From positions 1-64,000 of the IMG/VR virus record IMGVR_UViG_3300008517_000034: DNA of 64,000 nt; one strand, given 5' to 3'. Position numbers and translations under genes: made by a program. The notes under the pieces were generated by a model. It was not told where the DNA came from, searched no databases, and saw nothing but the letters and a program-made list of their open reading frames with translations. This document shows, piece by piece, positions 45,960 through 55,697 of the stretch; position 1 is the first letter of the stretch, and each line of letters begins with the position of its first letter. This DNA is from a virus.

Positions 45960-47297
45960 TTAGGTCATGCTTTTTAATTTAACTGCTTTTTTCCCAGTAA
46001 ATTTTTCCCATCTGGCTAAGATTACCTCTCCATAAATTGGCTCTATCTCTATTGCTCGGCAACTCCGCTTCATTATCTCGCAAGCAATGATGGTAGATCC
46101 CGAACCGCAAAAAGGCTCGGCTATTATTCCTCTCCGCGGAGACAATATTTTAATATAGGGAACTAAAATCTGAATCGGTTTCTTTCCTAAGATGATATTT
46201 TCTACTCTTCCCTTTCCAGTCTGTTCTGCTGACCAGGTTATGTGATCAGTTATCTTAGACCAGCGGGTTTTTTTCCTTCGATCGAAAGAGCTGTCACCTT
46301 TCTGGCCATAGATTATAACCTCATAGGAATCCAAAAATTTCTGGCCTTCTTCTTTAAGATAATTGTCTAATTCTTCCTCAAATTTTTCATTTAGCTTTAC
46401 ATCTCCATTATCTCCCAAAACCATTACATCATAACGATTAGGAAAAGTTTTCTTTCCTATATATGATTGATACCTCTTCTCAGCTTTCCAGATTATCATA
46501 TTTTTAATCTTCCAATATTTTTCTATCGATAGCCATAATCTAACAATATTTTTCCATTTCTCGAATACCATTATGTTTGAACCTTTGCTATTCTGATAGC
46601 CAATTGCTATCGATAACCAACTATCATAGTCTTTAGGAACTTTTTTACCTTCAACACTTAGATAGGAAAATTTCTTATGGCCAAAGCTTTTTATATTGAA
46701 ATAAGGGGGATCGGTGAATAAAAAATCAAATCTTTCTTCTCCAAATAATTCATTCCAGCCATTTTTATCCGTACAATCGCCAATAAGTAATTTATGTTCT
46801 CCCAGTTTCCACAAATCTCCGCTCTTAACTCTCTTAGCATCTTCTTTAATGAATTTCTCTAATTCTTTATCTATGTCAAATTCTTCATTAACATCGAGAC
46901 CAAAAATATCATCCAGCTCTTCCCTGCCAAATCCCACATTCATTAGCAGTTTTTCATCAAAATTAGTCAGCATGTCATAATCCCAGGAGCCTAAATTCTT
47001 ATTCTCTCTCAAGTTTGCCTCTCTTAATTCTTCGGGAGTCAGTTCCCTATTAGGAATCCTTACATCAATTTCTTCCTCTCCTCTACCTAACAATTGCAAT
47101 ATCTTTAATCTTTGATGGCCTGATACAATAACATCATCAGTGTTTACTACTGGAATCGACATTAAATTAAACCGTTTTAAGCTCTCTTCCAGGTCCTCTT
47201 TCTGCTTTAGAGTCATTTGACGGGGATTAGAATCATAGGGAATTAACTTATTTATTATTCGCTTCTCTGTATGCCATATTAGTTTTTTATTATTCAT
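45960..47297 (-). CDS. ParB-like N-domain + N6A/N4C DNA methyltransferase
   Basis: PYDSNPR...SGHQR; GD.W.LG.H; TDPPY; EPFCGSGST. Confidence 0.9.
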   Translation of the reverse strand: MNNKKLIWHTEKRIINKLIPYDSNPRQMTLKQKEDLEESLKRFNLMSIPVVNTDDVIVSGHQRLKILQLLGRGEEEIDVRIPNRELTPEELREANLRENKNLGSWDYDMLTNFDEKLLMNVGFGREELDDIFGLDVNEEFDIDKELEKFIKEDAKRVKSGDLWKLGEHKLLIGDCTDKNGWNELFGEERFDFLFTDPPYFNIKSFGHKKFSYLSVEGKKVPKDYDSWLSIAIGYQNSKGSNIMVFEKWKNIVRLWLSIEKYWKIKNMIIWKAEKRYQSYIGKKTFPNRYDVMVLGDNGDVKLNEKFEEELDNYLKEEGQKFLDSYEVIIYGQKGDSSFDRRKKTRWSKITDHITWSAEQTGKGRVENIILGKKPIQILVPYIKILSPRRGIIAEPFCGSGSTIIACEIMKRSCRAIEIEPIYGEVILARWEKFTGKKAVKLKSMT

Positions 47298-47311
47298 TTT
47301 TCCCCTCTCCT

Positions 47312-48109
47312 CTAAAACAAAGATTCTGGAATAGCATTAATTCTTTTTCTCGCTATTTCACAGTATTCTGGACTTATATCAATTCCAATAAATTTCCTAC
47401 CTAATTTTTTTGCCATTTTACAAGTGGTTTCACTTCCACACATCGGGTCTAAAACTATATCTCCTTTATTGCTCCAAGAATATATGTGGTCTTCTGCCAA
47501 TTGATCGGGGAATATGGCAGGGTGCCCATATGCTATCTTGTCCTTAGTAGATTTCATATAGCCTCCATCATATAACCAAACATTGCCCCAATTACTCTCA
47601 TCTTTATATGTAACATTTTTCGTTTCTTTCATGTCACCATTTTTTTGTCTATGAGTCATGCTTCTTGTGAAAGCACCATATATATTCTTTCTCTTTAGCA
47701 AATTCAAAGTCCCTGGCTTCCCTTTAGACAATATAAACATATATTCGAATATTTGGTTATATCTTTTTGATTGTGGGAATGGTAGATTATTCTTTAAATA
47801 AATCATAGTATCATATAGCTTAAAACCAACTTTTTTAGCGTAAAGAGCATGTCTGAAAGAATTGCCCGATTCACTACCATTTATTGTTTGGTCTCCGACT
47901 ACCCAAACCAATGTCCCTCTCATTTTTGTGACTCTAAATAATTCTTTTATTAGCTCCTTATAATCAAATAAAAAACCTTTATAATCTCTTAAATCATCAT
48001 AAGGAGGACTTGTGATTATTAAAGCAATCGCGCCATTAGGGATATCTTTAATAACTTCCAAATGGTTACCACATATTATTCTATTTATGAAATCTTCAGG
48101 CCATTTCAT
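47312..48109 (-). CDS. Beta-class DNA methyltransferase (SPPY, probable N4C)
   Basis: TSPPY, HPAIFP, DPMCGSETT (G-to-E change in motif I). Confidence 0.85.
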   Translation of the reverse strand: MKWPEDFINRIICGNHLEVIKDIPNGAIALIITSPPYDDLRDYKGFLFDYKELIKELFRVTKMRGTLVWVVGDQTINGSESGNSFRHALYAKKVGFKLYDTMIYLKNNLPFPQSKRYNQIFEYMFILSKGKPGTLNLLKRKNIYGAFTRSMTHRQKNGDMKETKNVTYKDESNWGNVWLYDGGYMKSTKDKIAYGHPAIFPDQLAEDHIYSWSNKGDIVLDPMCGSETTCKMAKKLGRKFIGIDISPEYCEIARKRINAIPESLF

Positions 48110-49735
48110 TTAGAATATCTCCTGCTGAACTTTGGCAATTCTTCTATTAGCCATATCAATATATTCCTGTTTTATCTCAATACCGATAAACATTTTTCTT
48201 TGTTTTACGGCCACCAACGCGGTAGTCCCCGCTCCCATAAATAGATCTAAAACTATACCGCCTTCAAATCCTGCATTGCAACCACAGTCGGTATAACCAA
48301 TTTCTTTTCTTACTCTTCTTTTCCCAGTTAACAATGTACTTGTAGGGCTAACTTTTTGTATTTGTTCTGCCGTTATACTATTATTACCCCCACATATTTC
48401 ATATTCGCCAGTATCTTTATATATCTTTACTCTTGCCTTCCCACACTTCTTACAGACAAATTCAGGACATCCAGCTTTAATTGGTATCTCAATTAGCCCC
48501 TCCGGATATACCGCAAAGTGGGCTTCTGGGAAGGGCTGAGTCGGTATAGCCCAGACAGAACGTTTATTGCGACCTTGAGGATTTGGTCTAACGGCTCCTT
48601 CAACTAATTTAGATGTTTTGCCTAATTTCATTGTTTTTTCATAAATTGTCTTTTTTTCCGTCCTCGATTTTTGTATATCACCACCCCATCTATTAAGAGG
48701 ATAATCATATTTATCAAACTGCTGTTCAAACCAGTAATCGTGGCCAGACCAGAGGGAATATTTTACCTTTTTTAAACCTTTACACCTTGGGCATATCTTA
48801 TTTTTTATATTTTTCTTTTCTCCATTACTTGCCTTAAATTGAGGGCAGCCTTCCCCTTTTCTCATGACGTCCCGGGTTCGATAATTAAAATAATTTTTAT
48901 TAGAGCAGGCAGGGCAGGGTCTCCATTCCCAATCTTTAGCCTCTATCCCTTTAGTGCCTAATGGCTTTTTATCTACACATTCCAGAGTTTTCTCATTGGT
49001 CCAGAATATAGCTTTATTGTTTTTAGTAAAGAAAAATAGATATTCAAAATCTACTGTAAACCTATCATTTGCACTCGAGGGCATACAATTTTTTTTATAC
49101 CAGATTATTGTATTTCTCTTGATCCAGCCCCGGTTAATCATTTCTATGGAGAAGCGATAGGGTATATCTAATAAACATTTCGCATACTGTCTAGTAATTT
49201 TTTGATTCCCTTTGGTAGCTCCCATTTCTAAAGTCTTATAGCCTAAATTTTTTGTATCTTTTGTATGTCCGGAAGCATTACCACTGCCACCGTAGGAATC
49301 GCCTATATTTATAAAACAAGTCCCGTCCTTCCTTAATACCCTTTTTACCTCGTCAAAGATATCACACAGATGTTTTATATATAATTCAAAGGTTGGCTCG
49401 AGGCCCAGGCTACCCCGCCAGGCTCCGCATTTAGAGCAAAACCCTGCTTTTGCCTTACCGAAACCATGTAAATTTTTCCTATATTGTGGATTACCCAATG
49501 TGCCACCATCTAAATTTTGCCTATTTTCATGTAACAACTTTGAATCATATTCTCTAAAATCGTGTTTACAATCTTTATCTCCATCCCAAATAACTGATTC
49601 GATCCCATAATCTCTGAGACCCCAATAAGGCGGGGAGCATGCACAGCAATTAACTGATTCACCAGGAATCTCCTTTAAAATTTCCAGTGCATCTCCACAT
49701 ATAATCTTATTAATATAATGATTAATATAATTCAT
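48110..49735 (-). CDS. Beta-class DNA methyltransferase with Cys-rich insertions
   Basis: SPPYWGLRDY, RNKRSVW, HFAVYP, DLFMGAGTT. Confidence 0.9.
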   Translation of the reverse strand: MNYINHYINKIICGDALEILKEIPGESVNCCACSPPYWGLRDYGIESVIWDGDKDCKHDFREYDSKLLHENRQNLDGGTLGNPQYRKNLHGFGKAKAGFCSKCGAWRGSLGLEPTFELYIKHLCDIFDEVKRVLRKDGTCFINIGDSYGGSGNASGHTKDTKNLGYKTLEMGATKGNQKITRQYAKCLLDIPYRFSIEMINRGWIKRNTIIWYKKNCMPSSANDRFTVDFEYLFFFTKNNKAIFWTNEKTLECVDKKPLGTKGIEAKDWEWRPCPACSNKNYFNYRTRDVMRKGEGCPQFKASNGEKKNIKNKICPRCKGLKKVKYSLWSGHDYWFEQQFDKYDYPLNRWGGDIQKSRTEKKTIYEKTMKLGKTSKLVEGAVRPNPQGRNKRSVWAIPTQPFPEAHFAVYPEGLIEIPIKAGCPEFVCKKCGKARVKIYKDTGEYEICGGNNSITAEQIQKVSPTSTLLTGKRRVRKEIGYTDCGCNAGFEGGIVLDLFMGAGTTALVAVKQRKMFIGIEIKQEYIDMANRRIAKVQQEIF

Positions 49736-49761
49736 TAAAAAATGCCTTAAACGAATAATAT

Positions 49762-51165
49762 TTAAAATAAAACTGCTTCTATCGCTCTTAATCTACACTT
49801 TGCAATTTCTACATATTCCTTCTCAATCTCAATGCCGATATACTTTCTGCTCGTTTCTTTACAGGCCATCAAAGTAGTTCCGCTACCACAGAAAGGATCT
49901 AATACTACTCCGCCCGTCGGAGTTTTAGTCAGTGTGCAAAGGTATTTCATGAGTGCTAAAGGCTTAACGGTGGGATGGTGGTTTTTGCTCTTTAGAGATT
50001 TATTGGGCTTACCTGTTTGTCCATGAACACCTTTTTGTCTTAGTGATATATCTCCTTTGATCTCAACTTCTTCCAATCTTTCGCACCCTCTATTCCGTTC
50101 GGCTTTACTTGCCTTCGCACAGTAGAAGAAGCGGGAAGCAGAGCCTGAATCATTTACTCCGATAGCCGTAGGATAACCATCTCTTACTATTCCGTTCATA
50201 TAGATTTCACTTTTAATTTTTCCTCTTCTTGAATTTGGACGATATGATGTCCCTGTATTCGGAAATAACCCTACCACTTCATCAGAACCATCATGTATTA
50301 CATTTGCAGGAAAGCGACCTTTATTAATATTAGAATTTAATAATCCATAACCAAAAGTTGAACCAAAACAAGTTTTTTTATATTTAACATTATCCGATAA
50401 TTGCTTGTTATGATGCCCGTCTTTAAAATCATTATTATTTTCATAAGGTATCCTTCCCCCATCTATATTCAATCCTGTCACTTTCCACTTCAAAGCATTA
50501 TTAGCATAACTACCCTCGTTAGGTTTCATTGCCACTAGTATGGGTTCATATGCAGGTTTTAGCCCATGTGATTTCCAGCCGTTCCAAAGAGTAGCTTCGG
50601 GGGTTGCAGATTCTTTTATTGGTTGTTTGCCACCCTTAATTCCTATTACTTCTTTACCAAATACTGCTTCACTACTATAACCAGCAGACTTTCTATTTTC
50701 TCTACCAAAGGGTTCTTGATAATCAATTACTTTTCTAAATCCTTCCCATTCTTTCTTAAATTCCTCTCGTGTCGGCTTCCTGCCTAATTTTTCTTCTAAC
50801 TTCTTCCTGCATTTATCTTTATCTAACATCTGGCTGATATCCGTTGCCTTCGGAAAGCCTGACCCATAGAGCCACATGATACAATCTTTTAAGATAAATC
50901 CAGCATCCTCAACATTAACCGCCATCCTATGTTGTGTTCTACTTCCTGCAAAGATTAAAGCAGTTCCGCCGGGCTTTAATATCCTTAAACATTCCTGCCA
51001 TGTCTCGATTGAAGGGACGTCATAATCCCATTTTTGTCCCATAAATTTTAGTCCATAAGGCGGATCGGTAATTATGGTGTCTATGCAATTGTCAGGAAAG
51101 TCCTTCATTACTTCAAGACAATCACCATGTATTAATTTATTTATAAAATCTTCTGGATATCTCAT
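49762..51165 (-). CDS. Beta-class DNA methyltransferase (DPPY)
   Basis: TDPPYGL.FM, GRFPAN, HPTVKP, DPFCGSGTT. Confidence 0.9.
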   Translation of the reverse strand: MRYPEDFINKLIHGDCLEVMKDFPDNCIDTIITDPPYGLKFMGQKWDYDVPSIETWQECLRILKPGGTALIFAGSRTQHRMAVNVEDAGFILKDCIMWLYGSGFPKATDISQMLDKDKCRKKLEEKLGRKPTREEFKKEWEGFRKVIDYQEPFGRENRKSAGYSSEAVFGKEVIGIKGGKQPIKESATPEATLWNGWKSHGLKPAYEPILVAMKPNEGSYANNALKWKVTGLNIDGGRIPYENNNDFKDGHHNKQLSDNVKYKKTCFGSTFGYGLLNSNINKGRFPANVIHDGSDEVVGLFPNTGTSYRPNSRRGKIKSEIYMNGIVRDGYPTAIGVNDSGSASRFFYCAKASKAERNRGCERLEEVEIKGDISLRQKGVHGQTGKPNKSLKSKNHHPTVKPLALMKYLCTLTKTPTGGVVLDPFCGSGTTLMACKETSRKYIGIEIEKEYVEIAKCRLRAIEAVLF

Positions 51166-51170
51166 TAAAT

Positions 51171-51225
51171 AAAAAAAGCCTAAACTCCCTTAAATTATTC
51201 TTCAATAATTCTAAAGAGCTTAGGC
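51171..51225 (-). terminator. Long hairpin + U-tract immediately upstream of the MTase cluster
   Basis: GCCTAAGCTCTTTAGAATTATT-GAAG-AATAATTTAAGGGAGTTTAGGC followed by T7. Confidence 0.65.
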
Positions 51226-51271
51226 CAAAACCTAACTTTTCAGACATTATATTATTTAATTTTCTTATTAA

Positions 51272-51300
51272 ATTTTATCAAATTAAGTGATTTCTGTCAA
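51272..51300 (-). promoter_or_regulatory. Sigma70-type promoter (TTGACA-17-TAAAAT)
   Basis: TTGACAGAAATCACTTAATTTGATAAAAT. Confidence 0.65.
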
Positions 51301-51334
51301 AGAAGAAGTATCAGTCAGTCCATTCTTACTCTTT

Positions 51335-51769
51335 TTATTCCCATCCGGGAATTAACCTGCTATATTTTTCTATTTCTTTATAGCTTAGTATTTTCTCGAA
51401 ATCTATCCCTAGATCATCACACAAAAATTTAATCATCTCGCCATTAGCCTTATCCCTCGCGTATTTATCAGGAATTATAAATTGTAGCTTAGCAAATTCT
51501 TTTGGATAATATTTTTTAAACCGCCTTAGTTTGGTTTTATCGCCGGGTCTAAACCATCCCTTACATTCTACCCATAAATCTATTATAGGCAGGTAAAAGT
51601 CTGGCTTATAATACCGGTTACCGCGTTTGATAGTTTTAAATTCGAATTCTTTTGGTTCATAGATATATTCAATTTCGGTAAGTTTATAATATCTGGCAAT
51701 ATTCGCCTCCATCTTACTCCGGAAATATTGTTTTAGATCTTTTCGGTAACCGCCTTTGGCTACGTGCAT
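51335..51769 (-). CDS. PD-(D/E)xK nuclease (T7 endonuclease I/resolvase-like)
   Basis: FRSKMEA, YEP, YKPDF, VECKG motifs. Confidence 0.75.
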   Translation of the reverse strand: MHVAKGGYRKDLKQYFRSKMEANIARYYKLTEIEYIYEPKEFEFKTIKRGNRYYKPDFYLPIIDLWVECKGWFRPGDKTKLRRFKKYYPKEFAKLQFIIPDKYARDKANGEMIKFLCDDLGIDFEKILSYKEIEKYSRLIPGWE

Positions 51770-52641
51770 TTTCCACCTCTCAATTTAATAAAATCTTCCA
51801 ATTCACAAAATTTATACAATCTTTTATTTACCCACCTTGCAAATTCCTTAGTCCTTCTATCTACATTTTCATAAATCATTATGAAGGGATCTACCCCCAA
51901 ATTTAACAATTCATTAAACCGGTAAAGGTCCTCTTCAAAAGTAGTATCAAATCCGCATAAAACAAATACCATTATTCTATATGGCTTGATCCCCGCCTTG
52001 AATATTATCCTCAGACCCTCTTTAAGCTCTTTCTCATAATCCATCAGGTCCCAGGCAAAGTGTATTTGCTTCAGATGTTTTACTTCAGCCAATAGCTTGG
52101 CGTTCTCCTTATTTACAAGTCTTATATCAAGTCCCTGGTTAAAATCCATTCTCCAGCCTTTATTAATATACTTTTGTAATTTTTTAATATAAGAGGGTAA
52201 GGCCAGGAAATTATTATCTAATAAAACTACTACATTAGTCTTTGGATTTAGAAATTCCTCCACTTCTGCATGCTCCCGGATCTTACCTTCTTTCTCCGGT
52301 ACTATACAAAATTTACAATTTCTAATACAGCCCCGGGTAGTAAAGCCTAGAGAATAATCAAGGTTATAAAGAGTATAATCGGGCTTTATATGTTCAATAT
52401 CATAAGGCAAAACAATTTTTAAATTAAATCCTGATCCACCCATAATGCTATTTTCTGGTATATATCCTTCCTCGATATTATGCTTTGAAAATATCTTTGA
52501 AACATATACCCTGTCGTATGTCTTTTCCATCAATGGTTTATATTTTTCTATCTGATCCCCAAAACTTTTATGCCAAGCAGATATTTTCATTAAGGCTAAA
52601 TTGTGATATTTTGAATCAATATCGAATAAACCGATTTTCAT
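51760..52641 (-). CDS. Radical SAM protein (start revised to MKIGLFDID)
   Basis: TRGCIRNCKFC (CxxxCxxC), NLALMKIS, LLDNN, FNQGLD. Confidence 0.85.
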   Translation of the reverse strand: MKIGLFDIDSKYHNLALMKISAWHKSFGDQIEKYKPLMEKTYDRVYVSKIFSKHNIEEGYIPENSIMGGSGFNLKIVLPYDIEHIKPDYTLYNLDYSLGFTTRGCIRNCKFCIVPEKEGKIREHAEVEEFLNPKTNVVVLLDNNFLALPSYIKKLQKYINKGWRMDFNQGLDIRLVNKENAKLLAEVKHLKQIHFAWDLMDYEKELKEGLRIIFKAGIKPYRIMVFVLCGFDTTFEEDLYRFNELLNLGVDPFIMIYENVDRRTKEFARWVNKRLYKFCELEDFIKLRGGKCT

Positions 52642-52796
52642 AGTCATATCTTGCCCAATATTTTTAATAGTGCAATAATTTCCATACCAAATGCTGTTAT
52701 AAAAAGCACCCACCAGGCCCAATCGTTAGTCTTTTCAGCTTTTTTAACCGGACTACTAAATCCTTTAATCCTTTCTTCGCCTATCTTTAATTTCAT

Positions 52797-54791
52797 CTAA
52801 TCACTTTCCCTTTTATTTTTTAATAATAAATCTAAAATACTATTTTTATCGATGCTTTCAGGCGAGAGATCGATATCTGCTTTTTCTTTATCATCAACAA
52901 GTTCAGCACCTGATTTTGATAAAATATCTTTCAACTCGATACTATTCTGGTAAAAATTTACAAGATATTTTCTACTATTTTCGGCGAATTCCGAATTAGA
53001 TGAGGTGATTGATCTACCGATTGATGTCTCGGCAAAATAGAATCTGCTCTCCTTCATTGTGGTAATCAATAATCCTAGTATTTTTTGTTTTTGGCTGATT
53101 TCAGATTGGACAACCGAAACAATATTATTGGGATTAACCATATAATTATTTCCAAAATCTTTAGCTTTTTCTTTGGCAACGATTATTTTAAGGGGAACTT
53201 TTATTTCAGCATTGTAATTGTAGTAATTTAAGAAAAGGATAAAATTATCCTTTAATTGTCTTTTCACATAAAATAATTCTGTCGCTCCGATAGGTGCATT
53301 AGTGATATCCCCTGAATATAGAATATTACCTTCTTCATTTCTATAACCGGCATCCCAGCCATATTTCCTATCAGAAGAAACTAGGGAAAGATCTAAATCT
53401 ATCATATAAGGCTTAATATTTTCCCAATAGACTCCGACAATCATATCCTGGGGAACAGAGATATAAGTTCCCGATGGCAAATTCCCGGTAAATTGTTTTT
53501 CTGTCGCCGGTAAGCTGTAATTTATATAATCAGGGATATAAATTTTCTTACCCCTTACATTTTTTTTAATATCCTCTGTAATAGAATCTAAGACAATAGC
53601 TAAGACCTTTCTTGCTCTTTCTTTTCTTCTAAAATAGAAATCAGTAGCAAACGATTTTCCGTTCCGTATACGATACAAAATCGAGTCTATGTCTTTTGTT
53701 CTAAATTTCAAAGCATAGGCCAACCTTATTTTCCTAAAGATATTGACCCTCCCTAATTCACTTTCTAATTTATCCATATCTATTATTTTGCCTTTTTTAA
53801 TTTTAGCAGTGACTTCATTAAGATAGTCTTCTGGCATAGGCTTGTGATAATGGATTGCCAATTTTCTTATTTTATTAATGATAGTTTTTAGTTCTCGATT
53901 GGTCCTAAAAGCAAGAAAGATTGGTTTAAAGCGATAGAATATTTCCGCTAATCTTTTTAATCCGTATTTTCTACCATAATCCTTAAAAATTTTAATAACC
54001 TTAATGTTCTTCCCTTCCTTTATTTCCCCTATCAATTCCTTAGATTTTATCAATAGTGTTTCATCCGTTGCAGTATAGACAACATATCTTAAAAACTCGA
54101 CAGGATTTTCAGGAACCAAATCCAAATAGTTATATAAAATTATTCTGACTTCTTTATTCTTTATATCTTTTATTTCCTTTTCATTTATATCTAAAAATAA
54201 GGCCACATCTACAACATCGTTTATGGTATCTTCTTTTAAGGCAATCCCGGAATTAAGCAATTTTAATAATTTATCTTTAAGCTCCTGTTTGGTATATCCT
54301 TTTATGACTACCAGTTTTATTTCATCTATATTTATTTCAGGGATATCTAATATTTCTTTTGGAATGTAAATATAATCTTTATCACGAATTTTATCTGTAT
54401 GAAAATCTTCCAAACCTGATATTCTTTCCGATAAATTATCTACTCCCCAATTCTCCAAATACTCTTTTTGAAACATATATCTCCCGGGATCTTTCTTGCC
54501 GTAAGTTGTAATATAATGAGCAATCTGTTCTGTAATCAATTGCTCTATATCAGCTTCCTTTACCTTCTTCCAGGACTTATGAAAAGAAGCATTTACTTTC
54601 TCGCTGGTTATCCCGAAAACTTCTTCAACCAATTTTATTAATTCGTCATAATTGGAATAATTGTAGATTACCTCCGGAGAAAATATAAAACCCCTTTTGA
54701 TTGTTTTTTTTAGCAGATCTTTTGTTGGTGATTTCTTGTGCTTTGCTTTTATTGGTAAGGCCTTAAATAGTCTGATAGTCGCTTTACTCAT
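52797..54791 (-). CDS. Large helical protein with C-terminal TerD-like domain (possible TROVE/Ro-like RNA-binding protein)
   Basis: GVYW...DLDLS...YSGDITNAP.GATE.F (TerD-like); N-terminal ~430 aa helical and basic. Confidence 0.6.
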   Translation of the reverse strand: MSKATIRLFKALPIKAKHKKSPTKDLLKKTIKRGFIFSPEVIYNYSNYDELIKLVEEVFGITSEKVNASFHKSWKKVKEADIEQLITEQIAHYITTYGKKDPGRYMFQKEYLENWGVDNLSERISGLEDFHTDKIRDKDYIYIPKEILDIPEINIDEIKLVVIKGYTKQELKDKLLKLLNSGIALKEDTINDVVDVALFLDINEKEIKDIKNKEVRIILYNYLDLVPENPVEFLRYVVYTATDETLLIKSKELIGEIKEGKNIKVIKIFKDYGRKYGLKRLAEIFYRFKPIFLAFRTNRELKTIINKIRKLAIHYHKPMPEDYLNEVTAKIKKGKIIDMDKLESELGRVNIFRKIRLAYALKFRTKDIDSILYRIRNGKSFATDFYFRRKERARKVLAIVLDSITEDIKKNVRGKKIYIPDYINYSLPATEKQFTGNLPSGTYISVPQDMIVGVYWENIKPYMIDLDLSLVSSDRKYGWDAGYRNEEGNILYSGDITNAPIGATELFYVKRQLKDNFILFLNYYNYNAEIKVPLKIIVAKEKAKDFGNNYMVNPNNIVSVVQSEISQKQKILGLLITTMKESRFYFAETSIGRSITSSNSEFAENSRKYLVNFYQNSIELKDILSKSGAELVDDKEKADIDLSPESIDKNSILDLLLKNKRESD

Positions 54792-54810
54792 TTCTTTACC
54801 CCTTTCTTTA

Positions 54811-55018
54811 AGGCGGGTAGTATTTTGGTAAGCGGGGGAATACCCCGCTAGTTATTTTGATAGGAACTACCTATGCCTCTATTTTTATTTTTAAAATAAG
54901 GCGAGTGGTAATTACACCAATTGAATTATAGGAACCACTTATGCCTTATAATTTTATTTAATTTCTTACATTGAGGCGGGTAGTAAAACGCTGGTTTTAT
55001 AGGAACTACCTATGCCTC
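54811..55018 (-). ncRNA. Array of three structured RNA repeats
   Basis: Units 54811-54878, 54896-54949, 54973-55018: AGGC-AUA-RGURGU-UCCUAU-(variable)-ACYACY-C-GCCU, with compensatory base changes. Confidence 0.75.
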
Positions 55019-55152
55019 TATTTTTAAGAAATAATTAAAGTCTTTATTATTTTCTTTATTAAATTTTTCTATAGATTCTATAAATCCAGATTCTTTTTTT
55101 TGACTTTTTTAAAAACCCAATACATTCTTTCGTATTCATATCAATTTCTCCT

Positions 55153-55434
55153 CTAATTTTTAATTAGCTCATCTTTATATTTATCAAATTCTTCCTGGCT
55201 CATTCCCCAGTTACTCATAACCTTTCTAAGCTGAGCCTCTGATAGTGGCCAAGCCAAGATGTCCCCTCTGCATAAATAGGTATATTGTGTCCTCATACTT
55301 ATAAATCCCTTACGGAGTTTTAACTTAGGATAAGTAAGAGTGTTATCGGTAGCAAAAATTTGCCCTGGTTTGATCTCATTCACTTTTTTGATTTTCTTGT
55401 CATCTGCCATTCTTTTTAATTTTCCCTTCAACAA
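55153..55434 (-). CDS. Hypothetical protein
   Basis: ORF track. Confidence 0.55.
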   Translation of the reverse strand: MLKGKLKRMADDKKIKKVNEIKPGQIFATDNTLTYPKLKLRKGFISMRTQYTYLCRGDILAWPLSEAQLRKVMSNWGMSQEEFDKYKDELIKN

Positions 55435-55685
55435 AATAACTTTTCAAATATTCTATCAATTCTTTCTATGACCGATATCAAAATAGATCCTAATCGGGTC
55501 TCTCTCGTGACTGCCTCAAATTCACGATAAGCTTTCCTTGCCCTCCACCTTTGAAATGAAAAAGTATTCCTCATTTTTATAATCTCCTTTTCACTAAGTG
55601 ATTGAGTCCTAATATCTACTTCTTCGTTTAGCCATTGTAAAATATCATTATATTCTTCATCACTTACCGGTTTACGTTTTCTCAT
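55428..55685 (-). CDS. Hypothetical protein
   Basis: ORF track. Confidence 0.55.
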   Translation of the reverse strand: MRKRKPVSDEEYNDILQWLNEEVDIRTQSLSEKEIIKMRNTFSFQRWRARKAYREFEAVTRETRLGSILISVIERIDRIFEKLFC

Positions 55686-55697
55686 TTATTGCTTCCC

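Noticed and set aside
54811-55018. CRISPR array interpretation of the repeats
   Set aside because: Repeats are bipartite, self-complementary and covary, intervening lengths are irregular, and no cas genes are present.
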